From Desulfosudaceae bacterium (GTDB lineage Bacteria; Desulfobacterota; Desulfobacteria; Desulfobacterales; Desulfosudaceae): a stretch of 64,000 nucleotides of DNA. The notes beneath the pieces are model-generated. The model had not been told where the DNA came from. It saw only the letters and a list, made by a program, of their open reading frames with translations, and did no database searches. Shown piece by piece: positions 24,698-33,131 of the stretch (within the stretch, counting starts at the first letter, position 1; each line of letters opens with the position of its first letter). The stretch is taken from assembly GCA_963674745.2 (NCBI GenBank), contig CAXXDV010000001.1:672001-736000 (forward strand). Direction: 5' to 3'. The translations under genes were made by a program, and so were the position numbers.

Positions 24698-24840
24698 AGG
24701 GCATCTCTAAAAATTAGAATTTTGGTTCGAGGTCAAGGCGTGTGAAAATTTTAACCACAGGAATACCTGGAGTATTTCGAGGATTAAAATTTGAGCACAA
24801 CGCCGAGATCGGGCCAAAAGGCAATTTTTAGAGGTGGCCT
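24698..24840. mobile_element. 143-bp palindromic MITE-like element with TTAGT flanking direct repeats
   Basis: Terminal inverted repeats AGGGCATCTCTAAAAATT / AATTTTTAGAGGTGGCCT, internal arms also complementary; TTAGT at 24693-24697 and 24841-24845. Confidence 0.7.
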
Positions 24841-24859
24841 TTAGTCACAAGGAGTCGAC

Positions 24860-25231
24860 ATGCGTTTTAAATTCCTATTATGGCTGGTCGCCGGCCTGAT
24901 GAAACGGGCCGGGCGGAAAAATACCGAATTTCAGAAAAAAATCGCCGGTAAAAAAGCCGTTGTCCAGATCGCCACCGCCGACGGGCAGTTGATCCGGTAC
25001 TTCGGCTTTGACGACGGCCGGGTGTCATCTTCGGTCGGCGGCCACGAAAAACCATCCTGCACGGTTTTTTTCAAAGACGCCGCTTTTGGTTTTTCCGCTC
25101 TTTTACCCTGGAACAAACGCCTCCAGGTCAGCGGCATTCAGAACGGCAGCATTCGTGTAGATGGCGATTTCTCTTTGTTCCTCTGGTTTCAGAGCCTGGC
25201 CCTGCTGATCCAGCCGGGAAAAAAATACTGA
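24860..25231 (+). CDS. SCP2 sterol/lipid-binding domain protein
   Basis: 123 aa, VVQIAT..RYF.F..G, GIQNGSIRVDGD..L.W typical of the SCP2 fold; AAGGAG RBS. Confidence 0.7.
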   Translation: MRFKFLLWLVAGLMKRAGRKNTEFQKKIAGKKAVVQIATADGQLIRYFGFDDGRVSSSVGGHEKPSCTVFFKDAAFGFSALLPWNKRLQVSGIQNGSIRVDGDFSLFLWFQSLALLIQPGKKY

Positions 25232-25248
25232 TGCAATAGGGAAGAACA

Positions 25249-26637
25249 ATGAAAAAGAAAATTATTATCATCGGCGCCGGGGTGGGCGGCATGGCCTGTG
25301 CCGCCCTGCTGGCCAAAGCCGGCCATGAGGTAACCGTGCTGGAGTCCCATTCCTTTCTCGGCGGGCGTTGCGCCACCCTGGAAAAGGACGGGTTTGTCTA
25401 CGATTTCGGCGTGCATATGTTCAGCCGGGGCGACTGCGGCCCCCACGGCGACACCAACCGCCGCCTCGACGGTGACCTGCAGTGGATCACCAAAGAACCG
25501 TCCTGTAGAGTCATGGGGAAAATGGAATTTGACTTTCCCCTGGATATCCGCCCGTTTTCCCGCCAGGTCAAGCTGGCCTTGCAGCTTGGCGTGCGGCCGA
25601 AAAACTTGTTCGGGGCCTGGCGCCTGTTCCGTACCCTGATGAGCGGTCGCAGCGTCGAAGCAAACAACAACGTCTTCCTGGAAGACTACATTTTTCGTTT
25701 CACCGGCGACGAAAGTATCCATTTATTTATCACATGCGTTTCCCAGCTTTACTTTGCACTGTCCGCCAGACAGGCTTCGGCCGGCGAGTTCATCTGGTGT
25801 TTTTCCCGCATGTTTAAAGACGCCGCCTTCGGTTATCCTAAAGGCGGTGCCCGGGCCATCCCGCAGGCTTTTGAGGATGCCTTGATCCGTTACGGCGGGA
25901 CCATCGCCTATGAAACCCCGGTCACCGGTATCCGGGTCGAAAACAAACGGGTCACCGGCGTGGACACGGCCAGGAATTTTTTCCCGGCCGATATCGTCAT
26001 TTCCAATGCCGGCCTGAACCGCACCATCGACCTGGCCGGCGCCGACCGGTTTCCCGAGGACTATGTCAAACGGGCCAAAACCCTGAAATACGCCAACCCT
26101 TACGTCACCAACACCTACGCCCTGGACTGGCCGGTGGTGCCTTATCCGGTGGTGTTCTATATGCCGGACATGCCGGCCGATAAAATTTTCTCTCACATAG
26201 AGAACAACACCGCGCCCGAAGATCCTTATCTGTTCATGCCCATCCCCAGCAATCTTGATCCCGGCCTGGCGCCGCCCGGCAAACAACTGGTTATTGCCGG
26301 TACACCGGTGGCCCCCGGGGCCGACGATGACGTCTGCCAACAGACACTGGACCGGATCGACGACCGCGTACACAAACTGTTTCCGGAAATCAAAAAGGCG
26401 CTCATCTGGCAGGAACAGGGCACCCGGGCCGACACGACCCGCATCACCGCCCATCCTCCGGGCGGGGCCATCGGCCTGGGACAGTTCCCTGGCCAGACCG
26501 GACAGCAGCGGCCCTCTTTGCAGACACCCGTAACCGGGCTATACCTGGTCGGCGCCGACGCCGGCAGCCGGGGCATCGGTACGGAGCTGGCCGTGGGCAG
26601 CGCCCTCAACCTGGCCGACCTGCTGGCTGGAACATAA
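25249..26637 (+). CDS. Phytoene desaturase-family FAD-dependent oxidoreductase
   Basis: IIGAGVGG..AALLA..VLE..GGR, YPKGGA, APPGKQL, TPVTGLYLVGAD. Confidence 0.88.
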   Translation: MKKKIIIIGAGVGGMACAALLAKAGHEVTVLESHSFLGGRCATLEKDGFVYDFGVHMFSRGDCGPHGDTNRRLDGDLQWITKEPSCRVMGKMEFDFPLDIRPFSRQVKLALQLGVRPKNLFGAWRLFRTLMSGRSVEANNNVFLEDYIFRFTGDESIHLFITCVSQLYFALSARQASAGEFIWCFSRMFKDAAFGYPKGGARAIPQAFEDALIRYGGTIAYETPVTGIRVENKRVTGVDTARNFFPADIVISNAGLNRTIDLAGADRFPEDYVKRAKTLKYANPYVTNTYALDWPVVPYPVVFYMPDMPADKIFSHIENNTAPEDPYLFMPIPSNLDPGLAPPGKQLVIAGTPVAPGADDDVCQQTLDRIDDRVHKLFPEIKKALIWQEQGTRADTTRITAHPPGGAIGLGQFPGQTGQQRPSLQTPVTGLYLVGADAGSRGIGTELAVGSALNLADLLAGT

Positions 26638-26728
26638 CCGCCGGTTTTGTCAATTTTCATGACACTTTCCGAAATATTTGCTATTATTCTTTAATCCATG
26701 ATTAATCACTTTACGGGGGAAGTGTCGG

Positions 26729-27409
26729 ATGATGAAATATGCCTTTACTTTCGAGGACGGTAAAACCCTGGAATTCCCTGTTGAGGAAGGCGTCGACACC
26801 TCTTCGGAAGCGGGGTTGACGGACGCGCCGGATTGGATGGAGCTTGAGAATTATCGCTGCAAAGAGTGCGGCATCCCGGCAGGAGAGAGAAAAACCTGCC
26901 CCGCGATCCTGGCCATCAAACCGGTCATTGATTCGTTGGACAGCCATTTTTCCTATGAAAAAGTCCATCTTGTTTTTACCCGTGACGATATCCGGATGGA
27001 AACAGATATCAGTATTCAGCGGGCCCTGCGCTCGCTCATCGGCTTTCTACTCCCTTTTTCCAGTTGCCCGGTAATGATGAAACTCAGGCCCATGGCCTAC
27101 TTTCATCTACCGTTGGGGAGTAAAGACCACACCGCCTTCCGGTTTATCGGTATGTACCTGACGGCCCAGTACCTGCGCCAGAGGGCAAACCTGTCATCCG
27201 ACTGGGAGCTTGAGCAACTCCTTGATCTTTTCAGAAAAATCCACATGGTCAACCGGGGTCTGGCCAACCGGATCCGGGTGGCGGCCAAGGCCGATGCCAC
27301 CGTAAACGGGATTGTCCTGCTGGACGCGTTTGCGGATTCCGTGGAAGTGCAAGTGGAAGAATTGTTAGAGGAGATGAAGCCCTTTTTCTCGACTTACCTG
27401 TCCGATTGA
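26729..27409 (+). CDS. Conserved hypothetical protein with Cys motifs (DUF6901-like)
   Basis: WMEL..RCKEC..CPA, SSCPV..LRPMAYFHLP, DATVNG..LD; family name recalled, not searched. Confidence 0.6.
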   Translation: MMKYAFTFEDGKTLEFPVEEGVDTSSEAGLTDAPDWMELENYRCKECGIPAGERKTCPAILAIKPVIDSLDSHFSYEKVHLVFTRDDIRMETDISIQRALRSLIGFLLPFSSCPVMMKLRPMAYFHLPLGSKDHTAFRFIGMYLTAQYLRQRANLSSDWELEQLLDLFRKIHMVNRGLANRIRVAAKADATVNGIVLLDAFADSVEVQVEELLEEMKPFFSTYLSD

Positions 27410-27421
27410 GCCAGCCGGCGG

Positions 27422-28252
27422 CTATACCCCCAGTACCTTTTGAATAACGTTTTTCCGGTACAAAAAGGAAAAGGTGCCCAGATAGATGCGGGGCAGCCAG
27501 CGTTTGACCCGCCACAAAACACGGGCATCCCACTGGGGCAGGACATAGAACCGGTTTTTTTCCACCGCGCGTATAAGCTGCCCGGCCACCTTCTCGGCCG
27601 GAAATGACGACCGGTCAAAAAGCGTCCTGATCATGGTTTCCTTTTCTTTGTCCTGACAATAAAGTTGATCCATCAGGTTCGTCTGGAAAAACGACGGCAT
27701 CAGCACCGACACGCCGATGTTTTTCCCGGACAGCTCGATGCGCAGTGTTTCCGACAAAGACACAATGGCGGCCTTGGTCAGGTTGTAACAGGCCGAACCC
27801 GGCGCGGATAAAAAGGCCAGGTAGGATGCCACGTTGGCAATATGGCCCCCGCCCTGCTGGGCCAGCATGGGAATGAAGGTCTTGCAGCCGTAAATGCAGC
27901 CCATGAGATTAATATCCATGATCCAGCGCCAGCGTTCCACGGGTATGGTCTCCATATCGCCATAGGCCGATACACCGGCGTTGTTGACCACCACGTCCAC
28001 TCCGCCCCAGGCGTCCCGGACCGTCGCCGCCGCCGCCTCCAGATGTTCCGGTTGTGTGACGTCGCAGGTAATGCCGAGCGCCTGCCCCCCGGCCCGTTTA
28101 ACCATCTCAACCGTCCCCTCGACGCGCTCCGGATCGATATCGCTCACCGCCACCCGCCATTGCCGCCCGGCCCAACCCAGCGCCAGGGCCCGTCCCAGCC
28201 CGCTGCCGGCACCGGTAACCAAAACCCTTTTCTCCGCCAATCGTTTATTCAT
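27422..28252 (-). CDS. SDR family oxidoreductase
   Basis: TGAGSGLG, VNNAGV, NVAS, YNLTK. Confidence 0.92.
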   Translation of the reverse strand: MNKRLAEKRVLVTGAGSGLGRALALGWAGRQWRVAVSDIDPERVEGTVEMVKRAGGQALGITCDVTQPEHLEAAAATVRDAWGGVDVVVNNAGVSAYGDMETIPVERWRWIMDINLMGCIYGCKTFIPMLAQQGGGHIANVASYLAFLSAPGSACYNLTKAAIVSLSETLRIELSGKNIGVSVLMPSFFQTNLMDQLYCQDKEKETMIRTLFDRSSFPAEKVAGQLIRAVEKNRFYVLPQWDARVLWRVKRWLPRIYLGTFSFLYRKNVIQKVLGV

Positions 28253-28262
28253 AATCCCCCCT

Positions 28263-28381
28263 GTCATTGCCCGGCCTTTTTACCTCGTCATTACCCGGCC
28301 TTTTTACCCCGTCATTATCCGGCTTGACCGGATAATCCAGATTCCTTCCCCGTCATTGCCCGGCTTGACCGGGCAATCCAG
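28263..28381. repeat. CGTC-family REP cluster (four units)
   Basis: GTCATTGCCCGGCTTGACCGGGCAATCCAG-type hairpins plus two 24-bp truncated tandem copies. Confidence 0.75.
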
Positions 28382-28452
28382 CACAAAGCCGACAGTAATT
28401 TTTTATCCCCAATATCTTGAAAAAAGAAATAAAAAGTCTGCAAACAGGCCAT

Positions 28453-28791
28453 CTACGAGTACTTCAGAATCGCCTGAATTTGTTGAATAAGGGAAGGCAG
28501 ATTTTCTTTTACCGTCTGCAATATCACACGGTAATCAATATCAAAATAGACATGAATCAAGCGATTGCGCATTCCAATAATTTTATGCCAGGGTATGTGG
28601 GTATGCTCTTCACGGAAATGATCAGAAAGGTTCGCGGCTGCTTCACCAATTACTTCAATAGATCGAATAATCGCACGGACGGTTTTTCCATCCTGAACAA
28701 AAGCTTCATAAGAAAGCCCCTCGGCATAACTACATGCCTCTTCAGCTTCTTCAAGAATGTGCATTAACCGAATCCGATCTTCAGGCTGCAT
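28453..28791 (-). CDS. HepT-like (DUF86/HEPN) RNase toxin
   Basis: IEVIGEAA, IPW..I.GMRNRLIHVY (Rx4HxY). Confidence 0.92.
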   Translation of the reverse strand: MQPEDRIRLMHILEEAEEACSYAEGLSYEAFVQDGKTVRAIIRSIEVIGEAAANLSDHFREEHTHIPWHKIIGMRNRLIHVYFDIDYRVILQTVKENLPSLIQQIQAILKYS

Positions 28792-29083
28792 ATTCTACTT
28801 TCGCTGTTTTTAAAACCTCGTTTCTGAAATAGCGGCTAAGCTCCGCCGGGGTGCGAAGGTCTACTTTTCTACCAATCATTTCCGACAATTCGATCTCCAT
28901 TCCAGCTAAATCCATCAAGCCCGGAATATGATTTTGATGAAACTCAACAAGAATATCAATATCACTGTTTGGCGTCAGGTCATCACGAATGGCGGAACCA
29001 AAAAGTGCCATTTTGGTTATGTGATTCCTTCGACAAAAAGAATCCAGTTCTTTGCGAGAAATATAATTCGTAATCATAAACAT
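28781..29083 (-). CDS. MntA-like minimal nucleotidyltransferase antitoxin
   Basis: LFGSAIRDD..SDIDILVEF (GSx10DxD), GRKVDL; overlaps the toxin start; GAGGA RBS. Confidence 0.92.
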   Translation of the reverse strand: MFMITNYISRKELDSFCRRNHITKMALFGSAIRDDLTPNSDIDILVEFHQNHIPGLMDLAGMEIELSEMIGRKVDLRTPAELSRYFRNEVLKTAKVEYAA

Positions 29084-29218
29084 TTTTATTCCTCTCTCCC
29101 CCGTCGGCACGCCCATTTAAAATCAACGGCAACTTTTTATTATCACAACCTGGCGACACTACCAATATACGCTACAAACTAAATCATTTCAAGATCTTCC
29201 TAAAACAGCCACACACCT

Positions 29219-29372
29219 CGTCATTCCGGCCCCCGAGCGCTTCCCCTCGTCATTGCCCGAGCGCTTCCTTCCTCGTCATTCCGGCCAGTGGAGCGAAGCG
29301 AAACGTGAGCCGGAATCCAGTATAAAATTGATATTTTTTCCTCGTCACAAGCGGCTTGACCGGAAAATCCAG
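29219..29372. repeat. CGTC-family REP cluster (four units)
   Basis: CGTCATTCCGGC...CCGGAATCCAG and degenerate copies. Confidence 0.7.
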
Positions 29373-29485
29373 CCATAATTTTTACTATACCACATCACCG
29401 CCCATATTCACCCACCAGTGCCTGATTGATTTGCCCGCTTTGACGTGTTAGCCTGTTTTCTACTTTAATCGATTAGCAAAGGAGC

Positions 29486-31087
29486 ATGGATATGGATCCC
29501 CTATGGATCGTGGCCGCATTCATATTCGGCGCGCTGATCAGTAAAACCGGGTTACCGCCCCTGGTGGGCTATTTACTGGCCGGGTTCTTCCTCAACCGTA
29601 TCGGCGTCGATGGCGGCGACAATCTTGTCAAAATCGCCGATGCCGGCGTGACGTTGCTCCTTTTTACCATCGGCCTGAAACTGAAACTAAAAAGCCTGTC
29701 CAGACCGGAAGTCTGGGCCGGTACAACGATCCACATGGCCGTTACGGTCGCCGTCTACGGTTTGGCCATCCGGATTGCCGGGTGGGCAGGCGTTCCCCTT
29801 TTCGAAGGACTGAACGTCTATACCGCCCTGCTGGTTGCCTTTGCGCTTTCTTTTTCCAGCACGGTCTTCGCCGTAAAAGTGCTTGAAGGGAAAAAAGAGA
29901 CGGCTTCCCGGCATGCCGTAACCGCCATCGGCATCCTCATCATGCAGGACATCATCGCGGTTGTTTTTCTGGCCTCCTCGACCGGGAAACTCCCCTCCCC
30001 CTGGGCTTTAGCCCTTTTCCCGGCGTTGCTTATCGCCCGCCCCGTCCTGGCCAGGTTTATGGCCCGCTGCGGCCACGGCGAACTGCTGATGCTGTTCGGC
30101 ATCCTGATGGCCATCACCGGTTATGTCAGTTTCGAGCGGGTCGGATTAAAGGGAGACCTGGGCGCCCTGGTGTTCGGCATGCTTGTCGCCGCTCATCCCA
30201 AGGCCGCCGAACTGGCGGAAAGACTGCTCAGTTTTAAGGACCTGCTTCTGATCGGCTTCTTTCTGAATATCGGCATCTCCGGCACACCGACATCAACCGG
30301 GCTGCTGATCGCCGCCGCCCTGGCGGTTGTCATGCCGTTTAAAGCCGGATTGTTTTTCCTGCTTCTGACACGGTTTAAACTGCGCGCCCGAACCTCCCTG
30401 CTGGCCTCGTTCAGCCTGGCCAATTACAGCGAATTCGGCCTTATCGTCGGTTCAATCGGCGCGGCCAACGGCTGGATCAGCAGCGACTGGCTGGCCATCA
30501 TCGCCGTTGCCCTTTCCATCACCTTTATCATGGCCGCGCCCCTCAATTCAGCCGCCCACGCCATCTATGCCCGGATATCAAGCCGTATCAAAAGTTTTGA
30601 AACCGAAAAACGCCTGCCGGATGATCAACCCATCGATACCGGCGATGCCGAGATCGCCGTCATCGGCATGGGCGTTGTGGGCACCAGCGCCTACGACGAA
30701 ATGAACCGCCGTTACGGCGACATCGTGATCGGCATTGATTTCGACACCGAAAAAGTCAAAAAGCACCGTGAGACGGGCAGAAACGTGTTTCACGGCGATG
30801 CCGGGGACAGTGATTTCTGGGAACGCATCGAGCCCGCCAACAGCCAGGTCATCCTGGTCATGCTGGCCCTTCCCGACCCCCGGACCAGCGTGTTTGCCAT
30901 TCAGCAGATGAAACAAAAAGGCTACCCGGGGCAAATCACGGCCTCGGTCAGCTACGAAGATGAGATGCACCTGCTCAAAACAGAAGGCATCGACGCCGTC
31001 TACAGCTTATACGAAGAAGCCGGTGTGGGTTTTGCCGACCACGTATGCGACCACATGGATTATTGCAGAATTAAAATGAGTCAATAA
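29486..31087 (+). CDS. CPA2-family cation:proton antiporter with C-terminal TrkA-N (KTN) domain
   Basis: LPPLVGYLLAG, LLFTIGL, FSST, LIMQD, SEFG, then IGMGVVG..GDA. Confidence 0.9.
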   Translation: MDMDPLWIVAAFIFGALISKTGLPPLVGYLLAGFFLNRIGVDGGDNLVKIADAGVTLLLFTIGLKLKLKSLSRPEVWAGTTIHMAVTVAVYGLAIRIAGWAGVPLFEGLNVYTALLVAFALSFSSTVFAVKVLEGKKETASRHAVTAIGILIMQDIIAVVFLASSTGKLPSPWALALFPALLIARPVLARFMARCGHGELLMLFGILMAITGYVSFERVGLKGDLGALVFGMLVAAHPKAAELAERLLSFKDLLLIGFFLNIGISGTPTSTGLLIAAALAVVMPFKAGLFFLLLTRFKLRARTSLLASFSLANYSEFGLIVGSIGAANGWISSDWLAIIAVALSITFIMAAPLNSAAHAIYARISSRIKSFETEKRLPDDQPIDTGDAEIAVIGMGVVGTSAYDEMNRRYGDIVIGIDFDTEKVKKHRETGRNVFHGDAGDSDFWERIEPANSQVILVMLALPDPRTSVFAIQQMKQKGYPGQITASVSYEDEMHLLKTEGIDAVYSLYEEAGVGFADHVCDHMDYCRIKMSQ

Positions 31088-31153
31088 AAACGTTCATTTT
31101 GGGGTTAATGTTCATCAGATCCGGATTGCCCAGACCGGCGGCCAACGGCATCA

Positions 31154-31297
31154 TTATCCATGGCGACGATGCGGAACGACAAGAAATTCAGTATCGCTGT
31201 ATTCTTTTCGGACCATTTTCGAAAAACGGGTTTTGAGGTTCCAAATTTCCAGTGCGGCAAAAAAAAGCGTGGTTAAAATGCAGACGGTGATTTCCAT
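31154..31297 (-). CDS. Putative 47-aa small membrane protein (not in ORF track)
   Basis: AAGGAG-7 nt-ATG; MEITVCILTTLFFAALEIWNLKTRFSKMVRKEYSDTEFLVVPHRRHG. Confidence 0.5.
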   Translation of the reverse strand: MEITVCILTTLFFAALEIWNLKTRFSKMVRKEYSDTEFLVVPHRRHG

Positions 31298-31320
31298 GGT
31301 TTTTCTCCTTTTTATGAACG

Positions 31321-31623
31321 TTTTAAGTTTTAGGTTTTAGGTATTAAGGTTTTGATCTTGATTGGACGATAGCAGGCAGGTGTGACAGATCCGGTCATAG
31401 TTAAACAATTTTTTTTAAAAGTGTTTAGGTGGTTATGTGATTAAGTGATTAGGGGGGCGGGGTTTGAGGTTCAGTGCGTAAAAGTGGTCATGTGATTAAG
31501 GGGGAGGAAAACTATCAATTTTTCTGGATGCCGGGTCGGAGCCCGGCATGACGATGGGAGGGATGCTACGTTCCTATCCGGCATGACGATGGGAGGGATG
31601 CTACGTTCCTATCCGGCATGACG
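31321..31623. repeat. Stacked repeats: GGTTTTA heptamers, GTGATTAA octamers, CGTC-REP with a 35-bp tandem duplication
   Basis: CCGGCATGACGATGGGAGGGATGCTACGTTCCTAT twice (31543-31612); octamers at 31421-31500. Confidence 0.75.
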
Positions 31624-31634
31624 GGGAAAAAACT

Positions 31635-33131
31635 TCAGGAACCCATGATTTTCAGGATGCGGTCGACATCGACGTACTGTTCAAAATGGGCGGCCAGGCG
31701 GTCGTAATTGCGGTCTTTGACTTTGTAAAAATCTTCCCGGGGGAGGTCGGCGTCAAAGAAAACGGCATGCCGGCGGGCAACAGAAGACAGGAAGGCGGCC
31801 CGGAAAGATCCGGCATCAAACAGGCCGTGAAGGTAGGTGCCGAACACCCGGCCGTCCCTGGAAACAGCGCCGTCCGGTCCGTTATCAAGTTCAAGCAGGG
31901 TGGCGGCATCGGGCCCAAGATTTGTACGGCCCATATGAATTTCATACCCGGACACCGCCGCGCCAAACAGGCGGTCCGTACCGTGAGACAACCGGACCTC
32001 TTTGACGGCCTCAATGCGGGTGGTGATATCGACAAGCCCCAGACCATCGGTTGCAGCGGGCGTCCCCTCGATACCATCGGGATCTTCAAGATGCCGGCCG
32101 AGCATCTGGTAACCGCCGCACAAACCAACCACCACGCCGTTGGTATCGGATAGGTACCGCCGGAGGGCTTCCGTCCAACCGGCCTTTCGCAGACGAATCA
32201 TGTCATAAACCACGCTTTTGCTGCCCGGGATAATAACAACCTGATAATCCGCCAACCGGTTCGGCGCGTCCAGCCAGGTAACGGTGACTTCCGGTTCTCC
32301 GGCCAGGGCGTCGATATCGGTAAAATTGGAGACATGGGGCGGCCGGACGACGGCGATGTTGATTTTTCCGGGGACCGGGCCGGTCGCCTGTTCGCAGGCT
32401 GCTTCAAGGGACATGCTGTCCTCCATGTCAACCGCAAAATCCCGGTAATACGGAACCAGCCCGAAAACCGGCTTACCGGTTTTCTGTTCGATCAGGGCGA
32501 TACCGTCGTCAAACAGCCGCGGATCACCTCGGAACTTGTTGATGATAAACCCGGCCACCAGATCCTGCTCGGCCTGGTCGATAATATTCATGGTACCGAT
32601 GATCTGGGCAAAAACCCCGCCCCGGTCAATATCCGCCACCATTACCACCGGCGCTTTTACAGCCAGGGCCAGGTCAAAATTGACGATATCGTTTTTTCTT
32701 AAGTTCAGCTCGGCACACGAACCGGCCCCTTCCATGACAATGGCCTCGTAATCAGTGGTCAGGCGGGTGAAACTTTCAAGGACGATCCGCCGCAGGTAAT
32801 CTTTGGTATCGTAATAATCACCGGCCGCCAGGCTCTGCCAGACCTTTCCCTGCACGACCACCTGGGCGCCCACATCGCTGCTGGGTTTTAACAGAACGGG
32901 ATTCATGTCAGTCGTGGGCAGGCACCCGGCGGCTTCGGCCTGGGCCGCCTGGGCACGGCCGATTTCGCCCCCGTCCAGGGTCACAAAAGAATTGTTGGAC
33001 ATGTTCTGGGCCTTGAACGGGGTCACAACAACGCCCCTGTTCTTGAGTATCCGGCAGAAAGCCGTGGCCGTGACGCTTTTGCCCACATCCGAACCGGTCC
33101 CCAGGAACATGATTTTTGCCGACTGATTCAT
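31635..33131 (-). CDS. cobQ: Cobyric acid synthase
   Basis: GTGSDVGKS, PFKAQNMSNNS, MNPVLLKP, DIDRGGVFA, GLCGGYQMLG, GYEIHMG, GTYLHGLF. Confidence 0.96.
   Translation of the reverse strand: MNQSAKIMFLGTGSDVGKSVTATAFCRILKNRGVVVTPFKAQNMSNNSFVTLDGGEIGRAQAAQAEAAGCLPTTDMNPVLLKPSSDVGAQVVVQGKVWQSLAAGDYYDTKDYLRRIVLESFTRLTTDYEAIVMEGAGSCAELNLRKNDIVNFDLALAVKAPVVMVADIDRGGVFAQIIGTMNIIDQAEQDLVAGFIINKFRGDPRLFDDGIALIEQKTGKPVFGLVPYYRDFAVDMEDSMSLEAACEQATGPVPGKINIAVVRPPHVSNFTDIDALAGEPEVTVTWLDAPNRLADYQVVIIPGSKSVVYDMIRLRKAGWTEALRRYLSDTNGVVVGLCGGYQMLGRHLEDPDGIEGTPAATDGLGLVDITTRIEAVKEVRLSHGTDRLFGAAVSGYEIHMGRTNLGPDAATLLELDNGPDGAVSRDGRVFGTYLHGLFDAGSFRAAFLSSVARRHAVFFDADLPREDFYKVKDRNYDRLAAHFEQYVDVDRILKIMGS

Noticed and set aside
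21318..26637. Carotenoid biosynthesis cluster
   Set aside because: No crtB, crtE or cyclase in the window; only family-level similarity to desaturases
28263..28381. Repeated palindromic units as a possible CRISPR array
   Set aside because: Spacing too short and irregular; units match REP hairpins found elsewhere in the window
31543..31623. 35-bp direct repeats as a possible CRISPR array
   Set aside because: Head-to-tail duplication with no unique spacers, derived from a CGTC-REP end; no cas genes
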